Below are positions 41,301 through 52,898 of a stretch of 64,000 bases of DNA, piece after piece (within the stretch, counting starts at the first letter, position 1; each line of letters begins with the position of its first letter). The DNA is from Orbicella franksi (Eukaryota). Both the position numbers and the translations under genes were made by a program. Under the pieces are notes generated by a model. That model made no database searches. It had not been told where the DNA came from and saw only the letters and a list, made by a program, of their open reading frames with translations. The stretch lies in contig OZ116712.1 in assembly GCA_964199315.1 (NCBI GenBank), forward strand, positions 62,001-126,000, in the 5' to 3' direction.

Positions 41301-44300
41301 CAAAAACACAATAGAGACAATGAAGGGATCAGTTACGGAAGAATCTTCCACTACCATGGACATGCAACTCTTTTATCTTTGATTAAATTTCTTCTGGTAA
41401 GGTACTCAACACAAAAAACGGCGCTGTGGTACCTTTCTGAGCTAACATTTAATTTCACGCCACCTTTGCAAATCTTATCCACTGCGTAGAACAAATTCTA
41501 TTTTTTCTTAATAAACACATTAAGGCTTGTGTGACACATGTTGTCAACTCTTTATCAAAAAGTCCGTTGAATTTATGAACAGTTCTTTCACGCATGATTC
41601 TTTATTTATTAGAGAGGTACATTTTTGCATAATCACAGGCTTCGAGGAGGGCTTTCCTAACTTCCGCAGATTGACATATTAGCAGGGCAATGTTTTTGCG
41701 TGCGGGAGAGGCATTTTTGCTCCAAATTTCAAAACGCACGCGGAGAAACGCTAGAAAAAATATTTGGGAGCGGTTTGTTGGGAAGCAAACATATAACATG
41801 TATTACCCCTCAAAAGAGGATTTTGCTGTACATAGACATATCGTACACAAACACGGCACAAAAATATTTGTTCTCGAATATTAGTTGTTGAAATTGTGTG
41901 TTGCAAACGCTAACTTTTTAAGCTCTTTCAACTGATACCCCTCACATTGATATTTTTCAAATGAATAGAGGTATGCTGTTTTAGCTTGGTAGCATTACTT
42001 CAGTTTTTCATGAAGTGGGAAGCTGTGAAAAGCCCTTTGTTTTAGCCGTTTGTTTGTTTAGAAGTAAATTGATTTTTTTGCGTGGGAAAAAGTGACAGCC
42101 AAACTGTCGCTTCTCGGGATTAGAAATGACCCTATGTTCGTCATAGGCAAACCTCATCGATTTTTGCATAAAAGTAATTCGTCGCAATTAAAAGTAGACT
42201 CGGACCTCCGTTTACACACCTTCCCAGATCAATCGAGTCGTTTGTTCAGGGGTTGACACTCATTCAAATCCTTTGTCTTACGGCATGTTATTAGTCAAAG
42301 AAATAATGTTTATCGTCATCTCTTTCCATTTTTTTAAAATAAGAGATATTTCTCGCTTGTCTTTTAATACCAATTGTATTCCACGGCGTCTAATTGAATG
42401 GCAAAAACAATTTTCACTTTAGCATGTTCCCCCTAAAACAAAGCCATCATCACCGTCGTTTGAATTTTATGTAGGCGTCTCAAAAAACTTGACAGCCAAT
42501 TTTGCTAGTGTACTTTAATAAATGTGAAGCAAAATTCCAAACTGGGGACTCGGTTGATAAGGTAGCCGTGAATTTTAATTATCTTTCTTGCTTAAGCCCT
42601 GGGTAGGTCTGGCCCAACTAATGCCAAAGTCCGCCATTTTCGTAATCTGGATCGTGCAATAGATTATTGTAATTGTTTGATTTCGCTCGATGTACAAAAA
42701 AAACGAATTCAAACAAGTTAGAAAAATAAACTTATAAATTTTGAATTCTGTTGACTTAGAACTGGGGCGGTTTGGTTTGCTGTTAGTGAGTTAAATATTT
42801 TGTGGACTTCAAGGCTCAGCGAAGAGAAAACATTTCACTGAATAATGAATTTGTTTTAGAAGAGAAAACATCTCATGAATAGGAACTTCACATTAGCCAC
42901 CGATCGTAAGCAGTTAAGCAATGTCATGCCTTTCCCTCGAGGACTTCGCTCCGCTTGTAAAACCTAGTATAACATTGGAAACAACTGTCCTATATTGTTG
43001 TCGAGGAAACGTTAATCAAGTTTCTTGCGCTAAAGCTACTCATTGTGTCTCTCCTCTTCACCAGAAGTGAAAAGCATATATAACCTGGGAGTCAGCTTTC
43101 ATGATTTTGACGGCAGCCGGCAATACCAAACAACTCCTTACTCACAAACCACACAACAGCAAACTGCTGCTTCAATTCTGCTGCATGCTAAAGCTGTGAT
43201 CAAATCCAAAAGTTTGAACATGTAACTAAGATTGTCCAAAACATTTACTCGGTGAAAACAAAAGTAAAGGCAAAGGAGGCTGAATTTAGGGCTACGGTTC
43301 TATGCTCTAAACCCGGGGCTCTAAAGCGCAATATGACTACTGTGATGAACACTTACAAAGAAAGAAATGTCGGATATAACTGGGCAGTTAGGTTCTTCGC
43401 CACATTATTTCAACTTGTTTGGGAGCACGATCTTGGGTTACGAAATCAAGAAAAGGTTATTGTCTTGAAAGTCAAGCGAGACAAAACAACTAGCGTAATA
43501 ACTGCAACGCTTAATTTTGTTACTGGGAAATTCCAAGGTTTCTTTCGAATGAGCTCGGTCCATTCGCGTTCAGCGCGAGAGCATCGTGACACTGAGAAAA
43601 TCGGGGGTTCTAATTTAACAAGTAATCCGTAGAGTATTCATAAAGTGATAGAATGACCAACGTTTGAGTGGAATTACAAATATTGGGCTATGGAAGACTC
43701 CTAGGACAAACATTCTCCGAAAATATTGTCCTTCGGGCAAACTTGAAGTCAAGTCAGAAATCAGTGAGTAGAACGTCCTAGTAACTGCAAGTGTATTTAC
43801 TGCAGAAATTAAGAACATCTGCCGTCTTTTTTCGTGAATTCCATTTTTTGTGGTTGTTTTCTTCGAGCGAAAAGTGATGGTAAAATTGTATTCATGTCGT
43901 GAATGTAAATAAGCGTAAACTAATCATAATGACGCACACAATCTTGGAACAAGATGCGAGAAAACCCTTGACTAACTTCACCGCTCTGTTCGAAAGGAAA
44001 CCATGTTTGCTACATCTAAAAGGCATTTGACGCGTCTAGACGACCGACATGTTATTCTCGCCCTGTATCACAGCATATAGCAGGCTGTTCATGAATTATC
44101 CATGATGTCTACTCCATACCAATATTTTAGTTCACAGTTGGTTTAGTAGTGAACGTAAAGATCACAAGGTAGATATGGTGCTTCAGTTCGTAGGCAGTTT
44201 GCCATTTGGTGTTCTGTTTTCTTTCTTTTTTAGTATCGCTTATTTTCAAGATTCTTCTTTACCCTAAACATCGTTTTGTAAATTACATCAAGAAGCAGCT

Positions 44301-46874
44301 TAAAATGCTTTAATTTTGTTCATTGTCGATTTACTTGGCCGTAAGATTGTTATTATTCATTTCAAAGTCTGAGTGCAAGAGAAGCAGTTCAGTGCTTTGT
44401 TTGCTTCAATTTCTTTCCTGCTCTCGTCAATTTATGTGCACTCCTTTCCTTTTTTTTTCTTTGCCTTTTTCGATAATATTATAATTATTCCAGTGCATCT
44501 GCGAGTGTATTCAGCTTCACAATATGATAAAATAACTCTTTATTCAAGGGCAAAAGTCTCCCTTTCTGCTTGCGTATGTCATGAATAGACTTACGTGGAT
44601 TGATCATGCTTCAAATGACAGCTCGTCACCGGCTTTTTTGTGCAATAGACATTTTCAACAATGGAAGATCTTGCAAAGTTTCTGTTCTAATGGAACAAAC
44701 AAGCGTTGTGAAATGTTTGCAGAAAGCTCCGCCGCACAGCTGACAAATGAACAAGGAAATTGTCAGTGTTAAAATCATATGTTACTTCAGTGATGTCAGA
44801 AGACATCTCACAACCGGAAAAAAAATTATGAGAACAAAAATGCATTTAAAAAAGTGAGGTAAAAATTGACCGAGGCGGTTCGTAAATATTTCCTGTGGTA
44901 CCGCACAACTAAATTGAAAATGGGCTTTTGAACTTATATCCAAGCAACCCATGAATCTATTTGTGAAGGAAAATTGAAATAAATGACTGCTTCTTTTGTT
45001 TTCATTTGGTGACAGGGCAAATAATTCTTTTTAGTGAATCTCCGCTCCTATGAATAGCAGAGTCTTGCTGAAATACTAGTACCCTTCACTGACACAAAGA
45101 TTATGATAAAAACTGAACATTTGGGCAACGTTGTGTTGCCCGGTATAGCCAGCTTGATTTGTCTTGTTACGCCTGAGAATGATTCCGCAAAGAAAATGAG
45201 AATAGGAGATGAGAATTTAAAAATCCATTTCTTATGAAAATGATATAATATTATTTTGAAGGACGTTGTCATATTAAAGCAGTTGGCTTGTTTCTTTAAT
45301 TGCTTTCTTTGTTGGTTTTTCCCTAGAGCCGTGGCGAACGGCAAGAATTCTATGGTCGATGTTCTGTTTACTTTATTATTATGTTGCTATCATTGGAAGG
45401 TTGCATAAATAGACTAGATCACCGCGAAAATTGCTTTGTTGAAACCGCGAGCTATATATTTTTAGATTTAATATCATTTAACGACTCTCGAAATGTTGTT
45501 TGGGCAGAAAGAGCTTAATTTTCACATTTGTTTTAAAGAAGAATTAATTTCTGAATTGGAATTTTATACAACTTTGTATCTGTCTTGAATCACATTTTGG
45601 TCACCGACACTGACATCCTCTCCATAACTCATCTGATGTACTCAAACATTCATTTCCATTAAGTTTTGTAATATTTCTTCAGCCAAGGCAAATATTTCAT
45701 TGAGGGTGAAAATGATTCTAGAAGCCTCCGTCAGATAAGAAATTGTGCATGAGTAAAACCTGATCGTTTTGTCGCCTTAGACGAGTCTTGTAAATACATG
45801 TTGTAATGCGAGCTACGTACTAACCGTACTATCATGCTGAACCCCTCCCCCCCTCCGCCTCTACCATAATGGATGGTAATCAGGGTCGTTACTAAATCAA
45901 GTCTTAATATCAACGCTATTCTAACAAACGACACCCCAATATTTCCGATGTAAAGTACCATTTTAAACACAAAATTTAACAAACACCTCTGGTGCTTAAT
46001 CGAATTTTTACCATTACTGGACAAATTTTGCACAAGTAAGCATCTAAAATAACGATTACTAAGTGATAAAGCCGGTGGCTACCATCTTACTTCACCACAT
46101 TAAAAGAACAACGTTTTTAGGTAAAGGAGAAATGAAAGGGGGCTTTGGTTCCGATATGGGACAGAAAAAAGGGGAGCCTATATAGGCACTTTTGCTTAGC
46201 ATCTTTATTAATCTTTTTTTTTTTAGATTAAAAAGAAAATTATTTATTACAATTTAATGGCAGAATTATGAAGTGAATATAGCGAAAAAAGGAAGAAATG
46301 CATGGAGCAGTGACATGCTGGGTAGTATTAGCAATGTTTTCTTGCAGCATATCCCCACTCACTCCATTTTTGACCACAATGTGTTTTTTTTTTCTTTTGT
46401 TTTCTTTTATTTGAAAGATCTCACTGTCCGGACCCTTACATTGAAAAGGCAACTTCCGATGAAGAAATTTCTGGTCAAAGAAACAAAAGGGATTTTGAGC
46501 TCACATTACCTGATCTACTTCCTAAGAATAGTAAACACGAAAATATTTCAAAACTATATAAGAAAAACGGCTAAGCAATGTACCCTGAGTACAGCGTCAT
46601 CGTCACCAGTCCTTGTCACATCAACAACATTTACAATCTCTGGCGCCAAAGCTGAGTAAAAAGAACCTAAAATCTAAGATACTTCAAAAACTACAAAACG
46701 GCCGACAGAATATTTTTTAATCAGTACGGTAAGTTACGTAACACGGTCCGTCCCGAAAATGGAATGGAAACTAAACCAATTCAAAGTTCTACTGGTAACT
46801 CGGCTTCCCCATTCTTTTTTCTTTTTTTCTTTCTTTTTCTAAGAGGCCTTATTTTTCAGTAGTTACACAATTAT

Positions 46875-48545
46875 GAATGCAACAGAGTCCAGCGAGAGAT
46901 ATAGTGTGTCGTGGTGATGAACAAGTCCGATTAACGAGAGTAAATCAATACAATGCTCCAAGACTGACCAGCCAATTACGGACAAACGACGGAACCCCAC
47001 TACAAGAAGTGTATCAGATCTGCAGAGGAAGCTGCAAGACCTTAACAAGTCAGGCAACTTTTCCGAGGAGTATAAGAAACTTCAAGTTTCCGGTCCAAAC
47101 TCTGCATCTTTTTATGGACTTCCAAAATTTCATAACGAGGAGCCTCAACCAGATAACGACCATTTCATAACTGATCCCAGCGGAGTTGAATTGCGTCTCC
47201 CTGAGACCAAGAAACAGTTGCATTGCTGCACCTATATTCCAGGTATCTAAGTACGTGGCGAAGATACTCAGAACCTTACAAGTGGATGACCAGTATACCG
47301 TGCGCAACTCAACTGAATTTGCAGAGTTCGTGCTTAGCCAACGGGTCACTGACGATGAGGAACTCGTATTCTTTGATGTCGTTTTACTTTTCACTTCCAT
47401 CCCTGTAAAGTTGGCAATTGACGTTGTAAAACCGAAGCTCCGATGGATAGAAAGAAACACGTGTCTTCAGTGAGTCGCAGGCAGTTATAGACTTTCTGGA
47501 ATTATTACTGGGAAATAGCTTCTTCACTTATCAGGGGATGCAATACCAGCAAGTGTTTGGTTGCGCAATCGGGTTACCAGTCAGCGCAATGGCCGCAGAT
47601 CTTGTCATGGCCAACGTAGAGGAACGAGCAGCGTCTGCCTCAGTCTCCAGTTGCTCCACGTCGGTGGTGGAGCTAAGGTATGTGGACAACTGCAACGTAC
47701 GTTTGATGAGAACAGACGCAGACCTTCTCCACCAGCATCTGAACTCTATTGACGGTAACATCCAATTCACAATAGAGTGCGCATGTCAGACTAACAAGGG
47801 TCAGAGTATTTCCTTTTTGGACTCACGAATAACCGTGTTGAGCGATGGTTCCATAGCGACTGATGTTAACAGAAAATCAACCCAAACCCGCAACACAGGC
47901 AACACAAGGAAGCTGCCGCGGTGGAAACACTCTTCAACGGGAGCCAGCCTCTTCTTCCCTCCGCGTCCTGTACTAAGAACGGAAGAGCGGGAATGCGTTT
48001 TAAACGATTTAAAAGCGAGTGGTTATCCTGGTAGTCTGTTAAGGAAATATCCTAACAACAAGGCTGAGAGGCCACTGGGGTTTGTGATCCTTCTTTACGT
48101 AAAAGGCGCATCTGATCGCGTGGGCGGCGTCGTCCGAAAATCTCACGTTCGGCATGGCAGCCTTGAGGCCAGTGAGAACACTGGGTCACATATTTAAAAA
48201 GCCCCAGGACCGACAAAAGTTCGACCGAGTCCAAGGGATCGTCTACAAAGTAAGCTGCCATGACTATACATTCACCTACGTCGGGGAAAGCAAGCGCTCG
48301 TGGAGCTCACGCGGGCTAGAACGCTGTGTTACAAACTAGTACAAGAGGCTTTCCTTGGAGTCGTGGCACTAGACTTTTGACATCACCGTTCCCTCGGGCT
48401 TACATACTGTTGATTTTAAAAACCAATAAACCGGCGGCACACGGGCTTGTGGTGCGGGTAGTAACGAACCTTAACATTGCTATTTTGATGAAGGTGGACA
48501 GAAGCCACCGAAAATCCAGAACAGAAAACAACGGAAAAGTAACCT
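46875..48545 (+). mobile_element. Decayed Penelope-like element (RT plus GIY-YIG endonuclease, probably Poseidon-type), 5'-truncated, with stops and frameshifts
   Basis: RT motifs: VVVMNK, SFYGLPKFH, VRNSTEFAEF, FFDVVLLFTSIPV, YQQVFGCAIGLPVS, LRYVDN (47679-47690, degenerate YVDD), HLNSIDGNIQFTIE, ISFLD. GIY-YIG motif GIVYKVSC..YVGESKR at 48235-48297. No Cys-rich linker is seen between the domains. Confidence 0.92.
48485..48513 (+). ncRNA. Decayed hammerhead-ribozyme-like core in the Penelope 3' terminal repeat region
   Basis: TTGATGA (CUGAUGA with C>T), then A, then a perfect 5-bp stem GGTGG/CCACC with a 7-nt loop, then GAAA. Helix III and the UH cleavage triplet are not intact. Confidence 0.45.
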
Positions 48546-51524
48546 TACTTCTTTAACCCTTCTTTAACCGAGTACAGAAGTGGGCCGGGGCCCCGGAACG
48601 AGTATTGACGCTCGTTGCATGAATCGTTATCATTGTTTGTGGACGTATCATTATGAAGGCAAGACATTATGTGAGTCCACATTCCAATCGGGGTATTTCT
48701 TAACGTCTCTTATAACGTACTATGTAAGAATATATGCATCACTAAGGATGGAGGAATTGAACTATTTAAATCTAAGTTAACTAGTCAAAACAAGTTCTAA
48801 CTTACCAGTTATCACCCGATTTATTCCACAGTCACTTCTCGTTTTAATAAGCTCCCTGGTATCAAAGAAAAGAACTCCATGACCCAAATTGAATGAGCAA
48901 AATAATCAGTTTTCTAATTAACTAATAATGATAAATTTACTGCCATAGCGAGTTTGTGAAATTGACATTTGAACCTTAGCACCTCTGATAAAGTACTAAA
49001 ATGCTCCTACAAAGTGCTCAAAAAAGTTTCACAAGCGCGCTAAGTTAGTTAATTTACTATTATCAACTTCAAGTTATTTGGAGGCGGGACTCAAAATGTC
49101 AACGTTTTAGTCTAGCTGACCTTCAATAACCTAACATTTCACGAATCATATTAGATTCGTGAATAGATCATCTCATTTCGTCTACCGAACGAAATTTGTG
49201 TTCTTAGTATATGAACTTTGATAAAAACGGGAGTAGATTACAAAATAACTCATCATTTACCGAGAAATACTTTGCTAAGAGTTGTAGGAATGGTCAGCTA
49301 GCCCACCTCTAGGGGTGTGTGGGAGTCTGCTGACTGGGAAAATTTACACTGAGTGACCACATTCACTTTCTGGGGATTTTCTGTGCATTGCGAGAGAACC
49401 AACGTCCAACATTTCTTGATTGACATTTTTTGATTCTCTGCTAAATCGATTCGTTTTTCCTTCACAGCATACACCATTGAAAGTTTGTCTGTTAACTGGT
49501 TTCCTTGAAGATTCACGAGTTTTCACTTGGTTGATGAGCTTTGCGTCATTAACCCAGGGCCTCAGCTATCAGTTTTGAGATTTAACCCCTTCAGTACATT
49601 AAAAATTGCGGTTCATTTCACTCTGTCAACTTGAACTTCAGCGTATTTTGGTTATTTACCTTACGGTGTTATAATAAGACTATGGCGTAAATAACCAAAA
49701 TTGGCTCAAATCTTATAGTCTTTTTTGGTTAATTTAATATCCACACATTGATTGATTTCAAGTTTGTCTCAGTACTAATATCCACACAAACTCTTATATT
49801 TCAGCTCCTAAAGATTCTCCATGCAAAATCTTACATTAAATTCTAAACCTCGGATAATACATTTCCAGCTTTCTGATTTAGATTTCTGAACGGAGAAATT
49901 GCTGAAAACAGCACCTTTGGCTTCACAGTTGACTCAACTACTCAGAGTTTGACAGAAATGATTAATTGAAAGAGTTCTTAAATGCAGTACAACCAAGGCG
50001 AAGGGAGGATCCAAATTAGTGAAAACAAATTAATCTTTAGGCATAAAATTAAGCTAAGCATTCCTGTAAAGTTTGGGTAAAGTTTGTTACCTTACATATG
50101 GGTCTTGTAGTTTTTATACTTCAGTAAACTTGACCGATTCTGAACCACCTGTGTGAACAACACAATGTCAATTCTTGATTATGACGGTCGCGTAAACAAG
50201 TAAGATCTTACTTTGTTTGACTTGAAAAGGCGTATAATTTTCAGCGACGCCTCTTCATCGGATTTTCCCGTTAACTTTTTGTCGTTTGCCAAAATGTCCG
50301 GAATGTAGACACCTTTGGAGGTGATTATGCGAAGAATACTTCGGAAGGAAATTGTCTCGCTCGCTTTCCTCCATGACAAGCTGCAATCATCAACTCAAAA
50401 ACTGAACAACGCGCGACAAACTTTCCCGCCTTTCCATACTATCTCGTCGTTTAGATCTCACTGAAATGTCCACATTATTCAGTCGATTGAGGCAGCTAAT
50501 CCATTCGCCCTTGTTGGATACGCGATTACAGTTGTAAATTAAAGTCAAGTGAAGTGATAAAAATGTCGTTTTGGGTACCGAAATAGGTCAGCTATGATTT
50601 TAGGAAAGGCAATACCTAACGATAAGGTTTTCGGGAAATAGACAAAAAAAGCCCTAATAAATTCGAGAAGACTCAAGTTCCCCTAAAATGACCGAACGGA
50701 TAAAATTTTTATAGCAAAGGGTCCTTAAAATAAACATATAGAGCTATAACTGAAGCACTCCAGATAGCCTAAACTGAACAGCGTTTGAAAGCATTTGAGA
50801 AAAACCCGTCGCTGGGTGCCCTGACTCAAGCCTTACTTCATTTCATAAACTTGCGGTGATGGTTTAGACCGGACGTCCAATGATTCAGATGAAGCCTACT
50901 GCATCAGTTGAGCTTCAACGAAAAGTTGCTTTGTCATTCATGCCTTCATGCAGTGTTTGGGAAAAATTTAAGCCGAAATGTGCAGAAAATTCTATAAAAA
51001 TCCTCTAAAGCTCTCTCCATTGCAATAAAAAAGCATGTCTTGTAATTTGGGTTGCTTTCTTTCTACTCTTGTTTGTATTAAGTTTAAGTAGTTTGCGAAA
51101 AGGTCGGTCACGAATGCACTTTTGTGGGTCAAGTGATATAACTGGTTCGTTGAGAAGCGAATCCCCTTTGTATCGCTGAATATTTGTATTGTGCGAAGAC
51201 AAGAGAAGATCAAGATAAGCCAGAGAGTAAATCCCAACTGATAGAGGCCTTATACCCAAGGTAATCCCTCTTAACCTAAAATGCATAAGATCGTTTATCG
51301 GCCCAAATGTTGCTCGTTAGAAACTTAGATAGGTCAATTGGACAGAATTATGGAGAAAAAAAGAAAGTTTCGGGAAAAAAAAGTGCTTTTCCTTAAGTTA
51401 TTTTTAGACATGGTAACCAGTTCTTGGAGGGTGTTAGTCGCGTGATGCGTGGACAGCCCAAGCGACGTTCTCGCAACTACAACAATGTACCTCAGACGAT
51501 TTATGTGTTTTGACTTCGGAAAGA

Positions 51525-51857
51525 TGTTTCAACGGCAACGTGCTAAACAAAAGGCTTAATGAGCAGAACAATGGCTTTGCACGTGCGTTATAATTTTTGG
51601 TACATTTCTTTGCCGTCCTCTGCAAAACAAGAACGTGAAATGACCGAGTTCTGCATTGTCTGGAGAACGTGAACTACGATGGCTAATTTTTTAAATTTTT
51701 ATTTAGAATTTATCGGTGTCCTAGATTCAGTTTCGTGATAGCTTTGACAGTGATAAACAAAGTAAATTAGGGTGTCGCGAAATTCGTAGATAAAATATAA
51801 AATCATTTTTTTATCGACGTTGTCCTCGGCGTCGCCGTCGTGGTTTCTTAAGCTCCT
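51525..51857. mobile_element. Partial non-autonomous DNA transposon (right end of an abundant coral-type MITE family)
   Basis: Ends in GTCGCCGTCGTGGTTTCTTAAGCTCCT followed by TAA. Interior has TTTGCACGTGC and TACATTTCTTTGCCGTC, recalled as typical of the AGGGAGCTTAAG-terminated family. The left TIR was not found. Confidence 0.55.
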
Positions 51858-52036
51858 TAATAACCTCTCAACAACGACTGAGGAATGGTGTCTACAAAAC
51901 CCATGATATTGTAAAAGGTCACGAAACTTGATCCCACCGCGCGACGTTAGTTTCTGTTTTATTGTGTTAGAAATTTATATGCTACAATAAGCATTTTTTT
52001 TTAAATATCCAACCCCTGAAAAAAAAAAAAAAAAGA

Positions 52037-52137
52037 CGGGTGTCATATTACACCCCTACCTCCTCATAAGGGCCACCTCTCGACCACTCTCGACCTCCTC
52101 ATAAGGGCCACCTCTCATTGTGGAGAGGTTTGACTGG
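52037..52137. repeat. MITE fragment with a 24-bp direct repeat
   Basis: ACCTCCTCATAAGGGCCACCTCTC occurs exactly at 52058-52081 and 52093-52116. The segment ends GAGGTTTGACTG, resembling a CAGTC-type Tc1/mariner TIR. Confidence 0.55.
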
Positions 52138-52845
52138 GCTGTATTTTGTTCTGGATTTGATCGCTAGCGTTACATATTTAGTTTGAGCTGGATTTTATAC
52201 CACTCGGCGTACTGAATCTTCTCTTGACGAAGAGTAACAGCCACTACATCGCCACTGCTATGATTTTACGCTCAGTAAATTTGTGTAAATAAAGAAGTGA
52301 AGAGTTCTGAACACAAACCATTTCAACCTCACGTTGCGTTGTCCGTAGAGTGGGTAGGTTAATTATTGACACGATCTTTACTTAGGGATCATGTTTGTAA
52401 CTATATCACTACCAGATATTCGTAAGCTTTGGTGTACGATTGATTGTCGAACGATTTCGCTTTTCTCTTTTTCTTCACCTTATATCGTTCTTTTACCTGT
52501 ATCGTTAAAATGACAGCGAAGACCAGGTCCACTAGCAGTACTCAGCGCCATTTGAGCACAGACTTGACAGACTTCGAGTGGGAGTGTCTTCTGTCTAGTG
52601 CATCGTTTGCTTTTCCCGGCCACATTGCCTCCAGCTCCAGTCTTCGACAGAGTTATCGAACTCAACGAACTGAAGAAACCATCAGCGAACAAAAACCATC
52701 AGCGAACTAAACCAAGATCTCGCCGCCATCCTCCGCCCGCGGCACGCACAAACCATTTCTTCAAACTCGCGCGCGTTGCTCGTAGGAGTGAAAGTGAGGC
52801 TGTTTAGAGCCCAGGACAACCGTTTTTGATCTTTCGACATCCAAG

Positions 52846-52898
52846 ATGGCGGAAGACATGCGAGCGAAAGTGGCACAACTTTTGAAAGGAATAGACAG
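52846..52898 (+). CDS. eIF3K: eIF3K exon 1 ([17 protein letters not shown])
   Basis: CCAAG-ATG-GCG start context; donor AG|GTAAGA; phase 2. Confidence 0.95.

Noticed and set aside
4935-46659. Numerous 60-128 aa ORFs in the FoxA flanks (e.g. 12346-12552, 35193-35444, 43252-43632, 46273-46659)
   Set aside because: Lengths are as expected by chance, many use TTG/GTG starts, composition follows AT-rich non-coding DNA, and no motifs or phase-consistent exon chains were found.
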